Shown one piece after another: positions 24,101 to 35,150 of a DNA stretch of 64,000 nucleotides. Within the stretch, counting starts at the first letter, position 1, and each line of letters opens with the position of its first letter. Below the pieces are notes generated by a model that saw nothing but the letters and a program-made list of their open reading frames with translations, searched no databases and had not been told where the DNA came from. The position numbers were made by a program, and so were the translations under genes. The stretch is from Antedon mediterranea (taxonomy: Eukaryota > Animalia > Echinodermata), in NCBI RefSeq assembly GCF_964355755.1, contig NC_092670.1, positions 4,392,201 through 4,456,200 of the forward strand, written 5' to 3'.

Positions 24101-24610
24101 GATTTTGATGACTGGACGTGGTAGAGCATGTGGAATTTAAAACATGTTGGCCGATCGTTGGTCCGGGATTGACTTCGATGTCGCCACACTTGATAAGCGT
24201 AGGTTGAAAAGTTGAGACACAAGATCTAGCTGAAAAGTATGGAACTCTGGCACCACTGTATTTGAGATGAGTAGTACCATTGTTCCTACAGCGTCTACAA
24301 TCGAGTAGGCCGGCAATTTCAGGCTGAATGCCCAGCCATTGTTCATAACAAAGGTGGACATCGGTATTAATTGTTGTGTGCAGGTGTGTACAGCAATGCA
24401 CAGTGAGGCCTAGCAAGTTGTGAATGATTAGAGGTAAATAATCGTCAAACTGCATAAACTTACGTCCGTTGATACATTGCACAGTGTTTATATTTGCTTC
24501 AGGATGATATGTGCTGGTTTTTAAGATGAAATTATATCTTAGATGGCATATAATAAAACACAGATAGAGAACGTAATGAGAACGACGTGTACTGGCCATA
24601 TTTATATTCT
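21138..24610 (-). mobile_element. Non-LTR retrotransposon (CR1/L2 group), ORF2 intact, no ORF1 in this copy
   Basis: Splits an array unit at GTTTATT^ATGCAATAG; (TAAAA)n tail at ~21138-21168; short 3' UTR with a GCGGA/TCTGC stem-loop. Confidence 0.93.
21234..24599 (-). CDS. APE endonuclease + reverse transcriptase polyprotein (1121 aa) with an N-terminal 2A-like motif
   Basis: APE: YQNIRS, SETWL, GVVYRAP, GDLN, LDLIL, SDH. RT: NYRPISILP, QHGF, DFSKAFD, GVPQGSILGPLLF, FADD, DLGI. GDIEVNPGP lies upstream of APE. Confidence 0.96.
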   Translation of the reverse strand: MASTRRSHYVLYLCFIICHLRYNFILKTSTYHPEANINTVQCINGRKFMQFDDYLPLIIHNLLGLTVHCCTHLHTTINTDVHLCYEQWLGIQPEIAGLLDCRRCRNNGTTHLKYSGARVPYFSARSCVSTFQPTLIKCGDIEVNPGPTIGQHVLNSTCSTTSSHQNQNNNNNTPKLYYQNIRSIKNKLDVYNSELQGHLLNNSFDFVCFSETWLNSFVSDSELYCPGFTTHRKDRNDGRRGGGIMLLTSNKFKSRRLVHLEHKDVELLWTEIKMSKSKVVLIGVVYRAPNSNRESILKIAQLVEDAMSTYPRHQLILVGDLNLPNIKWTTDGTGSASTNSIGELFINSLLNGLNLIQCNVTATCNNNILDLILCNSKELISDIVVGQDIFSSDHRSLILSLNFYVTNISHNRLYRKSYNFKAINDSDLIDHFDKVPFDIINTEDNVDDCVTVFYDLIDAALRDLVPIKTFRRQMPPWFDHEIRAILKRKEHLFRMWKKHKLIHFKNDFITARKTFKKLAKKNYSQYIRSLSDSIKSNPKRFWTWIKTKTKTSSYPSVLNYGDKVAESAKDKAILFNSFFHSVFQKSSLSITDQHHALPESSLDYLSIPDIQPDSVYKLLTSIKPHKASGCDELSNHVLKVCAKPLSIPICSIFNKSLTFGKFPSFWKQSNVVPIYKSGSKKSVTNYRPISILPTISKLFERVMYNHIWSHVHSTISLYQHGFVPNRSCETNLACLLTTVYDAIKGRAQCDVIYTDFSKAFDLVPHNLLIFKLQRLGFNPHLLSWFRSYLDGRRQRVVIDGEASEWLPVHSGVPQGSILGPLLFNLYVNDIPSLFRYSDCLMFADDLKIIKTINSYEDAEMLQGDLTKFSSWSTLWGMMLNSSKCNILSFTLNKNKIVYVYSVDDKPINKVHQHRDLGIILDSSLTFSFHVDHLLNKCNKLLGLMWRNGKYLGRSSKVYLYITLIQPNLDFCSVIYNSISKTQASRIDRLYSRFLRYISHNHNQNNLFKCNNLYNCDDKKIYPISPPSLRRCHNDLIFLFKCLHSIFDCNFISNFGIRVPARNLRNNSILCVPFCRVNVLKSGYISRLSLYYNSLVQAHPHIDIFNSNLYLFRRNLSVSELL

Positions 24611-26368
24611 ATGCAATAGTAACCATTTATGTCAAAAAATAAAAGAGTCGAAAATCGGCCATTTTTCGAAAATTTTCCTGTACTATAGTACAGGGATTTT
24701 TTTTTTTAAATGGCCAATTTTCGACCTTTTATTTTTCGATTAAACTAGTTACTATAGCACAATTAACATGCACAGAACCCATTAGTCGCCTCTGCGCATG
24801 TTTATTATGCTATAGTAACCATTTATGTCAAAACTGGTTACTATAGCACAACTGACATGCGCAGAACCCATTATTCGTCTTTGCGCATGTTTATTGCAAT
24901 ACTAACCATTTATGTCAAAAAATAAAAGGGTCGAAAACCGGCCATTTTTCGTAAATTTCCCTGTACTATAGTACAAGGATTTTTTCAAAAAAATTGCCAA
25001 TTTTCGACCTTTTTATTATTCGATAAAACTGGTTACTATAGCACAATTAACATGCGCAGAACCTATTAGTCGCCTCTGCGCATGTTTATTATGCTATAAT
25101 AACCATTTATGTCAAAACTTCTTACTATAGCACAATTGACATGCGTAGAACCTATTATTCGTCTCTGCGCATGTTTATTATGACTATGTAACCATTTATG
25201 TCAAAACTGGTTACTATAGCACAATTGACATGCGCAGAACCCATTATTCGTCTCTGCGCATGTTTATTATGCTATAGTAGTAACCATTTATGTCAAAACT
25301 GGTTACTATAGCACCATTGACATGCGCAGAACCCATTATTCGTCTCTGCGCATGTTTATTATGCAATAGTAAGATAGAAAATTTCCCTGTACTTTAGTAC
25401 AAGGATTGTCAATTTTCGACCTTTTTATTTTTCGATAAAACTGGTTACTATAGCACAATTAACATGCGCAGAACCCATTAGTCGCCTCTGCGCATGTTTA
25501 TTATGCTATAGTAATCATTTATGTCAAAACTGGTTACTATAGCACAATTGACATGCGCAGAACCCATTAGTCGCCTCTGCGCATGTTTATTATGCTATAG
25601 TAACCATTTATGTCAAAACTGGTTACTATAGCACCATTGACATGCGCAGAACCCATTATTCGTCTCTGCGCATGTTTATTATGCAATAGTAACCATTTAT
25701 GTCAAAAAATAGAAGGGTCGAAAATCGGCCATTTTTCGAAAATTTTCCTGTACTATAGTACAGGGATTTTTTTTTTAAAATTGCCAATTTTCGACCTTTT
25801 TATTTTTCGATTAAACTAGTTACTATAGTACAATTAACATGCACAGAACCCATTAGTCGCCTCTGCGCATGTTAATTATGCTACAGTAACCATTTATGTC
25901 AAAACTGTACTATAGCACAATTGATATGCGCAAAACCCATTATTCGTCTTTGCGCATGTTTATTGCAATAGTAACCATTTATGTCAAAAAATAAAAGGGT
26001 CGAAAACCGGCCATTTTTCGAAAATTTTCCTGTACTATAGTACAGGGATTTTTTCCAAAAAATGGCCAATTTTCGACCTTTTTATTTTTCGATAAAACTA
26101 GTTACTATAGCACAATTAACATGCGCAGAACCCATTAGTCGCCTCTGCGCATGTTTATTATGCTATAGTAACCATTTATGTCAACATTGGTTACTATAGC
26201 ACAATTGACATGCGCAGAACCCATTAGTCGCCTCAGCGCATGTTTATTATTCTATAGTAACCATTTATGTCAAAACTGGTTACTATAGCACAATTGACAT
26301 GCGCAGAACCCATTAGTCGCCTCTGCGTATGTTTATTATGCTATAGTAACCATTTATGTCAAAACTGG

Positions 26369-26793
26369 CAACTATGGCTAATACAACTAGTACCGGAAGT
26401 CTCCTTCCCCCCAGGTGTAAAACTGAACGATACCAAAGGTCTGCCATACCTACGATTGTTAAGTTCATTAATGCTAACTGATATAGGTTTGATTTCCATG
26501 ATTATTTCTCACTTTCTAGATGCCGTTTCGACCTTTTATTATAATAATTTTAATAATGTATATATTAATAATAATCTTAAATAATAATAATAATAATGAC
26601 GTGCTCAATTTTATGAACGAATAATATTGTATTTTGTGTTTTATAATATATAGTTATTTTTCTATGCTGTTTGTAATTGTGCCTCTTTTACTTTTAATTA
26701 TATATGTATATTGATTGTAAACAAACGTTATCAGCCAATGGCTGCTGTTTTGTATGTGTTTTTAAACCTAAATAAATAAATAAATAAATAAAT
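26369..26793 (+). mobile_element. 5'-truncated LINE (L2/Crack/Daphne-like) 3' end inserted in the array
   Basis: 26371-26481 encodes ...LLPPRCKTERYQRSAIPTIVKFINAN* (ORF2 C-terminal T.R...S.IP motif); 3' UTR TCAGCCAATGGCTGC followed by a (TAAA)n tail. Confidence 0.75.
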
Positions 26794-29700
26794 ATAGTAG
26801 CCTACAATTAACATGCGCAGAACCTATTAGTCGCCTCTGCGCATGTTTATTATGCTATAATAACCATTTATGTCAAAACTTCTTACTATAGCACAATTGA
26901 CATGCGCAGAACCTATTATTCGTCTCTGCGCATGTTTATTATGACTATAGTAACCATTTATGTCAAAACTGGTTACTATAGCACAATTGACATGCGCAGA
27001 ACCCATTATTTGTCTCTGCGCATGTTTATTATGCAATAGTAACCATTTATTCGACAATCGGCCATGTTTAGAAAAATTTTAAAAATGGCCAATTAACGAC
27101 CTTTTTATTTTTCGATAAAACTGGTCACTATAGAACAATTGACATGCGCAGAACCCATTATTCGATTCTGCGCATGTTTATTACGCTGTCAATTGTGCTA
27201 TAGTAACCATTTATGTCAAACATGGTTATGATATCACAATTGACATGCGCAGAACCAATTATTCGACTCTGCGCATGTTTATTATGCAATAATAATAATT
27301 TCAAAAAATGCCCAAATTATGACCCTTTTATTTTTTTAAATAACTGCTTACTATGCGTCTATACTATGTAGATAACGCAATATATACGCATATATTGCAA
27401 AATTATTGCATAATAATTGAATTTAGAAAAATGCATAGGCCTATATTGGCCTTGTTTTGAAAAAATCCCTGTACTATAGCACAGGGATTTTTTTCCAAAA
27501 ATGCCCAAATTAATACCCTTTTATTTGTTGAAATAACTACTTACTATGCGTCTATAAAATGTACCGTAGATAACGTAATTGAATTTTGAAAAGTTTTATA
27601 TTTGACATAACCGTTTACTATGCGTCTTTAAGATGATGTCATAATTCTGGTGTTCTTCAGTTTATAAAAAAACATTTACCAAGTTATCAAACAATTGTCT
27701 TTCCTATTTAAATTAGATTACTATACTCACAATATGTACTTATGAATAAGAATACAAGTTCTATCGAAAAATAGGTAAATATTTTTTGCGAAAAATCAAG
27801 GACTGTAAGTCGTTGGAAAAATATCAAAATATACTTATTAGAATTCAAATGTATATTGCGTTATTATCAGAGTCAACCAAATAAAAAATTAGGGTGATTA
27901 TTATTTTCTAATATTGTGTAGGCCTAGGCCTAATCAAATTGTTTCCACTACGGTACATTTTCTCAATCAAATTTCCTTTTTTTGTCACTATGTTTTATCA
28001 TAGTTTATTATTAAACCAATCATGGACTGTTTAAGGTGTTTGTGCTCAGTCATAACTATAACCATTTATACTTTTATACAATACTATAGTTATTATTAGG
28101 CCTATTACTGAATGACAAAACAATGTTAATTTTTCTTTATCCTAAAAGGCTCTGAAGTACAACACTAGTCATTTGATCCCGGTGGGTCAAATCTTCTTCT
28201 AAATCTTTGTTCGGTTATTTTTAGTTGCATAATCGCTGTTTAGGCCTATAGAAAAGTATTTGTTCTTGTAAAGGATTGGTGCTAGCAACAAGTTCCATTG
28301 ATCATACATTCCAATAATTATCGATCTATAGTTTCTTCCTTTTTTCTTTTGTGTAGTTTTTACATGATTTTCTTTTTTTGTACAAGCACCTTTTTTATCA
28401 GTGACAAAAATGACTATACAAGTAATATAACTAAGCATTTATCGTTGTTGGTATTTTTAATTCAACTTGAAAAGTAGGCCTACTTGAAAACGTAAATATT
28501 AGCAAGATTGTAATTCATCAATTATAATTCATTTCATAGCATGTACAAATTAATGCAATAGTCGCACCATGATGTGGGACGCAAAATGCTTTAATTGGCG
28601 CGCGTTAATTGAGTTAACCAAGGTGTGAAACACACGCCGCCTTTTGTTGACTTGCAGGTCAACCTCGAGCAGGATAGGCTGAACATATGTGATGTTTTAA
28701 GCAGGTTTTTCAAGTTTTACGTAATGATTCGAACCTTGGTTAGATTTTGCATTGCGTCAAAAGGAGCGTCTGGCCGGGATCGTCCAAAAGTTCGCAATCA
28801 AAGTAAACATTTACTTCCTTCAAAAGCAGAAAAGATAGAAACATAATCAATAATAATGAAACGTAAGAAGGTTAAAAACAAAAATGTAACGTACAAATCA
28901 TATATAAACACAATAGGCAAAGAACATTAATTCTAAACCGCCCGGTGATATACTGAAATTAAATTAATTAATTTGAAACGATAAGTACAAATCATATATA
29001 TATATATATATCTCTTTATTCAAAAACAATAACATAAGCATACCAAGGCAGCAACAAGTATTGAATTGACGTATTCTTTACACACAAAAAAAAAAGAGAA
29101 TAAAAAATTACACAATTAAAATATACCAAATGTAAATGTAAATGAATAAAAAAATAAGTTCCAATTGATGAACTCAAATATTTAGTTTAGTACTACAATT
29201 TTCTAATAATTTCATTAAATAGATGACAGGACTATTTTTAAATCTTTCAGCTTTTGCGACAGGGATTTCGTATTTCCTTTTATTTCTTGCATTGATTAAA
29301 CATTTGTTTAATTTGGGTTGCCAGCCATGTCGTCATTTGCAAGGATCATGCATTGTAGGTCTACAAAGCACTGTTGGTTGGGGCTAAAAGTAAAATACAC
29401 TAGTATACATTTTAAACATAAACCTGCGTCCATCAGAAGTGGTCAAAAGAAGCAATGATATCTTTTTAAAGCCCTATTCAAAAGTGACAAGGCCTATTTA
29501 TTATTTCCAAAATAACATGGAATCCTGTTTGAGAATGAAAATATTCAAAATGAAGAATTTTAAAATGTATAAAATACAGACCAGTAGAAAGTAGGCCTAT
29601 AAAAACGACCCGCACATGTAGTTTTATTCATAATTTTTCTACTACTTTATGTTTATATTTAGGCCTATGTCTATAGGCTACTTATACCACATGTACACTA

Positions 29701-30149
29701 CTATGGTAACCCTCTAATTTGCGTTTACTGGTATTTTGTTAAATTTTAACTTTTCGAATGGCCATGTTTGTTGCATTTAGTCGTCGCAGGGCTATACATT
29801 CATTTATACTGGTACACTTAACTAAAAACTGGAAGTATTCTTACGGTCGTTCAACCCGAACCATTACAAATGCCCAATGGGGTCCAAGCGCTCTGAGGGC
29901 TTAGGGTGGTAGGTGTATGTGGAGAAAGGATGGGGTGGTTATCGATTTAACTTTGTGAATTAATATTAATGTCTTCTTTTTAAACTTTACTTAATAAATA
30001 AAAAAAAGACTGTATTTTTCATGTAGAATGTTTTTTTTTCATATATAGAAAATTCGTACACCAACTTATTCCGCATCTTTGCTCGTCCATCAAAGTTCTC
30101 TTGTCAAAACAACCCACTTCGCAAAATTTAACAAGTCCGTGTTTATCTG

Positions 30150-30370
30150 TAATTTAGCAGGTCCATGACAGCCTTCTTTCTCCATACTTCTCTATTTAGT
30201 GCATCTTCTTTTAGTTCCGAATATGTATTTTTATTTTTCTATCAAGCATAGCTATCTTTTTCCTTCCTCTTCTTATTTTGCATTCATATCTTCCTTCTAT
30301 CACAATTTTCAATAATCCTCCTTCAATCCTGTGTCCAATTTGCTGCTTAATTAAAATGCAGTATAGAGTT
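30150..30370 (-). mobile_element. Degenerate RTE-clade LINE 3' remnant
   Basis: IGHRIEGGLLKIVIEGRYECKIRRGRKKIAMLD, then after a frameshift YSELKEDALNREVWR; matches the typical RTE ORF C-terminus. Confidence 0.7.
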
Positions 30371-31867
30371 AAGGTTTGAATATATTTGAACGAAAAAACA
30401 ATCGTGTACACACTATTCTTTTCTTTATTTAAAATCATAATAAATTATTTATTTTAAAAAAGATGGATGAAGGCTAATTTGTAATTGCATAATCAATATA
30501 TTATTTCAATACTTTACAATTCTGTTTGAACATTATTCATTATCAGCAATGAATGTACCGTTTATAAGTGGTAACGACTACTATTGACAAATGTTATTTC
30601 AAAAATAAAATTGAAATATTGTACTGTAAATTGGTTTAGATAAATGACTGTAAATATACATGTATCTTCAACGATCTTACAGATAAATGAAGCACCGACG
30701 TTAATAGTGGACAAAGAATGTATTCTGTATCAACACAAAACAATACCACTTTTACAGTGAATAACCTCGGATCTTACTCTTGATCGTTCATATTTTTGAC
30801 AGATGTGGTTAATGAAGAGTTGATCTTCTCTATCAATTTTGACACTAATAATTAGTTACCATAGCGGTATGGCCGTGTTTGTGTACAAAAGCTGATATAG
30901 GCCCATGACTATACGTAACATATGGCACGGAGGAAAGGTACCTTGTGTCGACCTTGCATTGAAGAACAGACCACGTGAATAAGGAAAAACACTCAAGAAT
31001 CACAATACATACTTTAAGTTGAATATTCTACATGGATATTGGTGATTTGTGACGTACAAAGAGATTAACAATGTTTGGAAATGTGATCTGTTCTCTCGCG
31101 TACAGCGCGTATGAATTATAAATCAATGTGAGTGAGAGCTGATAGTCTGCACCAATCACAACAAAGCTGAGTACAGAGTAGTCTGCACCAATCATAGTAA
31201 CCGGTCAGGTACTAACTTAAACGTTTTATGCTAATTATGGACATGTATTTAATATGTAATCTAGAGTTTAGCGACAGTTTATGTTAGCGTTGGATAACAT
31301 AAGGCCTATTTTTTCACTTTGATGATTCGAATATATTATCACTTGTTTTGTAAGTATTACTAATTTGTTTGCCTTTATCGAGTTTTATTTCTACATATTT
31401 CTATTATTATATTGTTTACGAAGTTAATCGTTGATGTCTTTTAAGAAGTATTACAAATATTAGTGTCAATGAAAAGTTTTTAAAATATAGTGTTGAAAAC
31501 AGACAGTTATTTTTGTTTAGGATCTGTTTATATTTAATACAAAGAATACATTAAAAATGTAAAAATATTGTAGTAGGCCTATTAGACCAAGATTAAAGCG
31601 TTGTATAGACTAGAGTATTTATTATACCATTACGTAACACGAAGTAAAAATAAACAGTGTTTTCTATGCAATTATAGTAAAGCTTTTAGTTACTACGGGA
31701 ATGTCGATTTGCTTGCACTGATGTATGATAATATTAACGACACGCATGTGAATATTGAATTTATAGCACTTGTACAAAAAGATATATATATTCTTTGACA
31801 ATACTAACGTCAATGCTGGGTCAAGGTACTGAAATATTCACTTTCAGAAAACGATGGCGCAAAAACA

Positions 31868-31995
31868 AACTATCAAGCTAGTTTCACAACAAAATGCGAT
31901 GTGCCCAAATATGGTAGTGATATGACATCATCATGTCCATATATGGGCACATCACATTTTGCTGTCACATTAAGTTTGATAGTGTAGACACAGCT
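31868..31995. mobile_element. MITE family A copy
   Basis: Core and right TIR AGTTTGATAGTGTAGACACAGCT. Confidence 0.8.
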
Positions 31996-32176
31996 TTACG
32001 CGGTCAGAAATATAAAAATAAATGTAATTGTGAGAAGGAGGAACACTTACAAACACGAGTGTCAATAACCCACAAAAAAATGATTTACAAAAACTTAAAT
32101 CAATGTTAATTAACTCACTAATTTCCTGATGCTAATAACAAATTCTATACTTGCACATCGATCTACTTGTCTAATT

Positions 32177-32218
32177 CATTGTCATTTGCATAATTCACGT
32201 GCGCGTGATTATGCAAAT
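32177..32218. promoter_or_regulatory. Candidate enhancer motif cluster (Sox site + two inverted octamers + E-box)
   Basis: CATTGTC-ATTTGCAT-AATT-CACGTG-CGCGTGATT-ATGCAAAT; motif match only. Confidence 0.35.
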
Positions 32219-33535
32219 CAAATTATGAATTGATTTACGAATCAAATTCCTTTGTCTATCGGATCTTGCTACAGGGGACCGCTGTTTGACCGTGAACTTA
32301 TTAGATTGCTCTACTAATTAGCTTATTGATTCATAAATATATATAGCTATTGTTTTATATGCAAGTTTTTTTACCTGAAAACTAATTTATTATCGTATCA
32401 TGGTTAATGGTTTTAAATGCGTATAGCGCAAAATACAAAGTCTCTATGCGCTGTTTAACACAAGTGTAAAAGGAAAGAAAATGTTATTTTAAAATAAACC
32501 AGGAAAATACCTTATAAACCGAACAAATTGACCAAGACAACAGAAAAAAAAGTCCGAAAACGGAGTCTCACATCACCACACTGTTTCACTAACTTGTAAA
32601 GACAAGCTAGCTATTTATTTTCACAATGATCTATAGGCCTATAGAGGGATTTTATGCATGTAAAATTTGAAATATATTATTATATAATATATTATAAATC
32701 AGCTTTATATAATGTATTACAATTAAATATTTTTATGTTCTGATTTAATATGAATTCACCAACATGTGAATAATGAACATTATGCCTACTAGTGGCTGAT
32801 CTCAGATACACAAACAAATATTAAATAATAAATAGTTAAATCGAACCTTCAACATTAAAATTGTCAGAGAGAAATTGCTTTTAAGTATTATTAATTAGTA
32901 GAAACATAATTACAATTTAACATCACACAGTACATTATTACTATAATGTTTTCTTTTACATTTGTGGCCTATAAATAAACATTGATATACGATAGATTAG
33001 ACATTGTCACGTGGTTGAAAAGAACAAAGACGTTTCTATAAATAAAACTGCGTTAAGGGAATTCCCTAAATTGGTTGAATCACAAATGATGCGTTAAATA
33101 AACTGAGGTCAGAGTTAAAGTTAATAAAAGTTATCAGTTGGTATACAACATTACCTATACTAGCATCACTTATTGTAGTTTTATTTATAGTTTTTTGCAA
33201 GTTAATAAATGCATTGTTACGTAAGATACTAGAATTGCCTAGATATAATAGCGTAAGTGATGTTTGGAACAAATAACGTTCCCTCATTCTATAAATATTG
33301 CAGGAACTCAATAGTACTCAACGTACTTCCACAAATTGGTATTTTAGGATATTGTAGGTTGTTTTGTAGAAGCTGCTTATCTTGTTAATTTCCTGATGAG
33401 ATTGTGTCTATATTTGTTTTTTGTATATGGATGTTCTATACGAAATAAAGATGTACAGGTGCGACAAACCCCAATATTTTCAGTTTGAGAAAAACACTGT
33501 GTTCCAAATTAATCAACGTTTACTTGGAATATGCC

Positions 33536-33829
<294 letters not shown>

Positions 33830-34839
33830 TATATATATATATATACATAATTAAATTTGTATAAATTGTATCATAACTTATTAACGGTTCAGACATGGTA
33901 TATATATGTTCATAAATAAACATGACTGAGCACACGTGTTATTCATTATATACGCATGTTGACGCAATCATATATATTAAACAAATGCACAACACTTATT
34001 AATATTTATGGTTATTATTTATTAAATTCATAGCAATATTTGAGAAACGCAATACATATTTAATTACAATATTAAAATAATTCAATATTATGAGTGACAA
34101 CAAAATGCATACGTTACTTGCGCGTACAAAAATCGTTGATCACTTTATCTTAGATGGAATTTATTTATTTATTATTTATTCAAATTTGTTTTACAAAGCG
34201 GTAAACTATGGATGATGCTTTTAATAGCATAATAATAGTAATATAATAACAGCATAGGAGCTTATGTACTGGTTTTCAGCAGGATTATAACCATGCTTTC
34301 ATCCATGGAAAGACCTCCATGGTTAGATGTCTATCCATTAAATCATGAAACAAATTCACTTTTTATGCAGTGCAATTAAGCCTAAGCCTGATAACCTACA
34401 GGCACATTAATTTTTTTAGAGGGGGGAGGGGGTGAAGATGTATGTATGCCTATATATTACTTAGTAGACAAGGTATGCAATCTCGAATTGCCCTCTGATT
34501 AATTTAATATCGATAGAAACTCTAACATTAGAAGCATCATCATTAATTATAATAATAATATAAACTTATGTAACTTATGTTAATTTTGTATTACAAACAA
34601 TACAATACAATGCAATAACACTTTTATTTCAGACTGGGGAAACCCAATATTTACAAGTTGTTGTTTCTATTACTTTTCATAAACTTCTCACCTCCAAGTG
34701 AACTCTTTGTAACGGTTTGCAAATAGTTAATCTTGATTAAAGAAGCAATCTTTATGGAAGATGAGGAGGATTAACAGATGATCTCAATAACTAATTTCTG
34801 TGCGGTCATAAGTTCTATAATTATTGTTTCAACTATTGA

Positions 34840-35150
34840 CCCGAAGTTAAGATCATACAGATATTTATTATTATTTATTCGACAAGTTAAGATACATAGG
34901 GAATATATTGCTATTTACCCGACAAGTTAAGATACATAGGGGATATATTGCTATTTACCCGACAAGTTAAGATACATAGGGGATATATTGCTATTTACCC
35001 GACAAGTTAAGATACATAGGGGATATATTGCTATTTACCCGACAAGTTAAAGACACAAAAGATATTACCGTACTATACCCGTAAAGTTATGATACATACG
35101 GGATATTACTATATTTAGACTCGATAAGATAGGCCTATACATACAGAATA
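34840..35150. repeat. 40-bp minisatellite (4 near-perfect plus degenerate units)
   Basis: CGACAAGTTAAGATACATAGGGGATATATTGCTATTTACC at 34880, 34920, 34960 and 35000. Confidence 0.93.

Larger units (their letters stand above)
18800..27600. repeat. Higher-order array of palindromic 89-bp units (~30) with interspersed ~120-bp palindromic spacers; interrupted by three TE insertions
   Basis: Unit GTCAAAACTGGTTACTATAGCACAATTGACATGCGCAGAACCCATTA(G/T)TCG(C/T)CTCTGCGCATGTTTATTATGCTATAGTAACCATTTAT; spacer centred on GTACTATAGTAC; related flanking blocks at ~18810-18900 and 27300-27580. Confidence 0.95.

Noticed and set aside
20318-27057. Repeated short ORFs MSKLVTIAQLTCAE... and their antisense counterparts
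   Set aside because: Translations of the 89-bp satellite; the unit length is not a multiple of 3 and there is no coding signature.
18950-27290. CRISPR-like array next to a reverse transcriptase (retron/DGR/RT-Cas-like system)
   Set aside because: The loops between palindromic arms are not unique spacers (two recurring variants). There are no cas genes, the context is eukaryotic, and the RT is a standard APE-type LINE that interrupts a unit.
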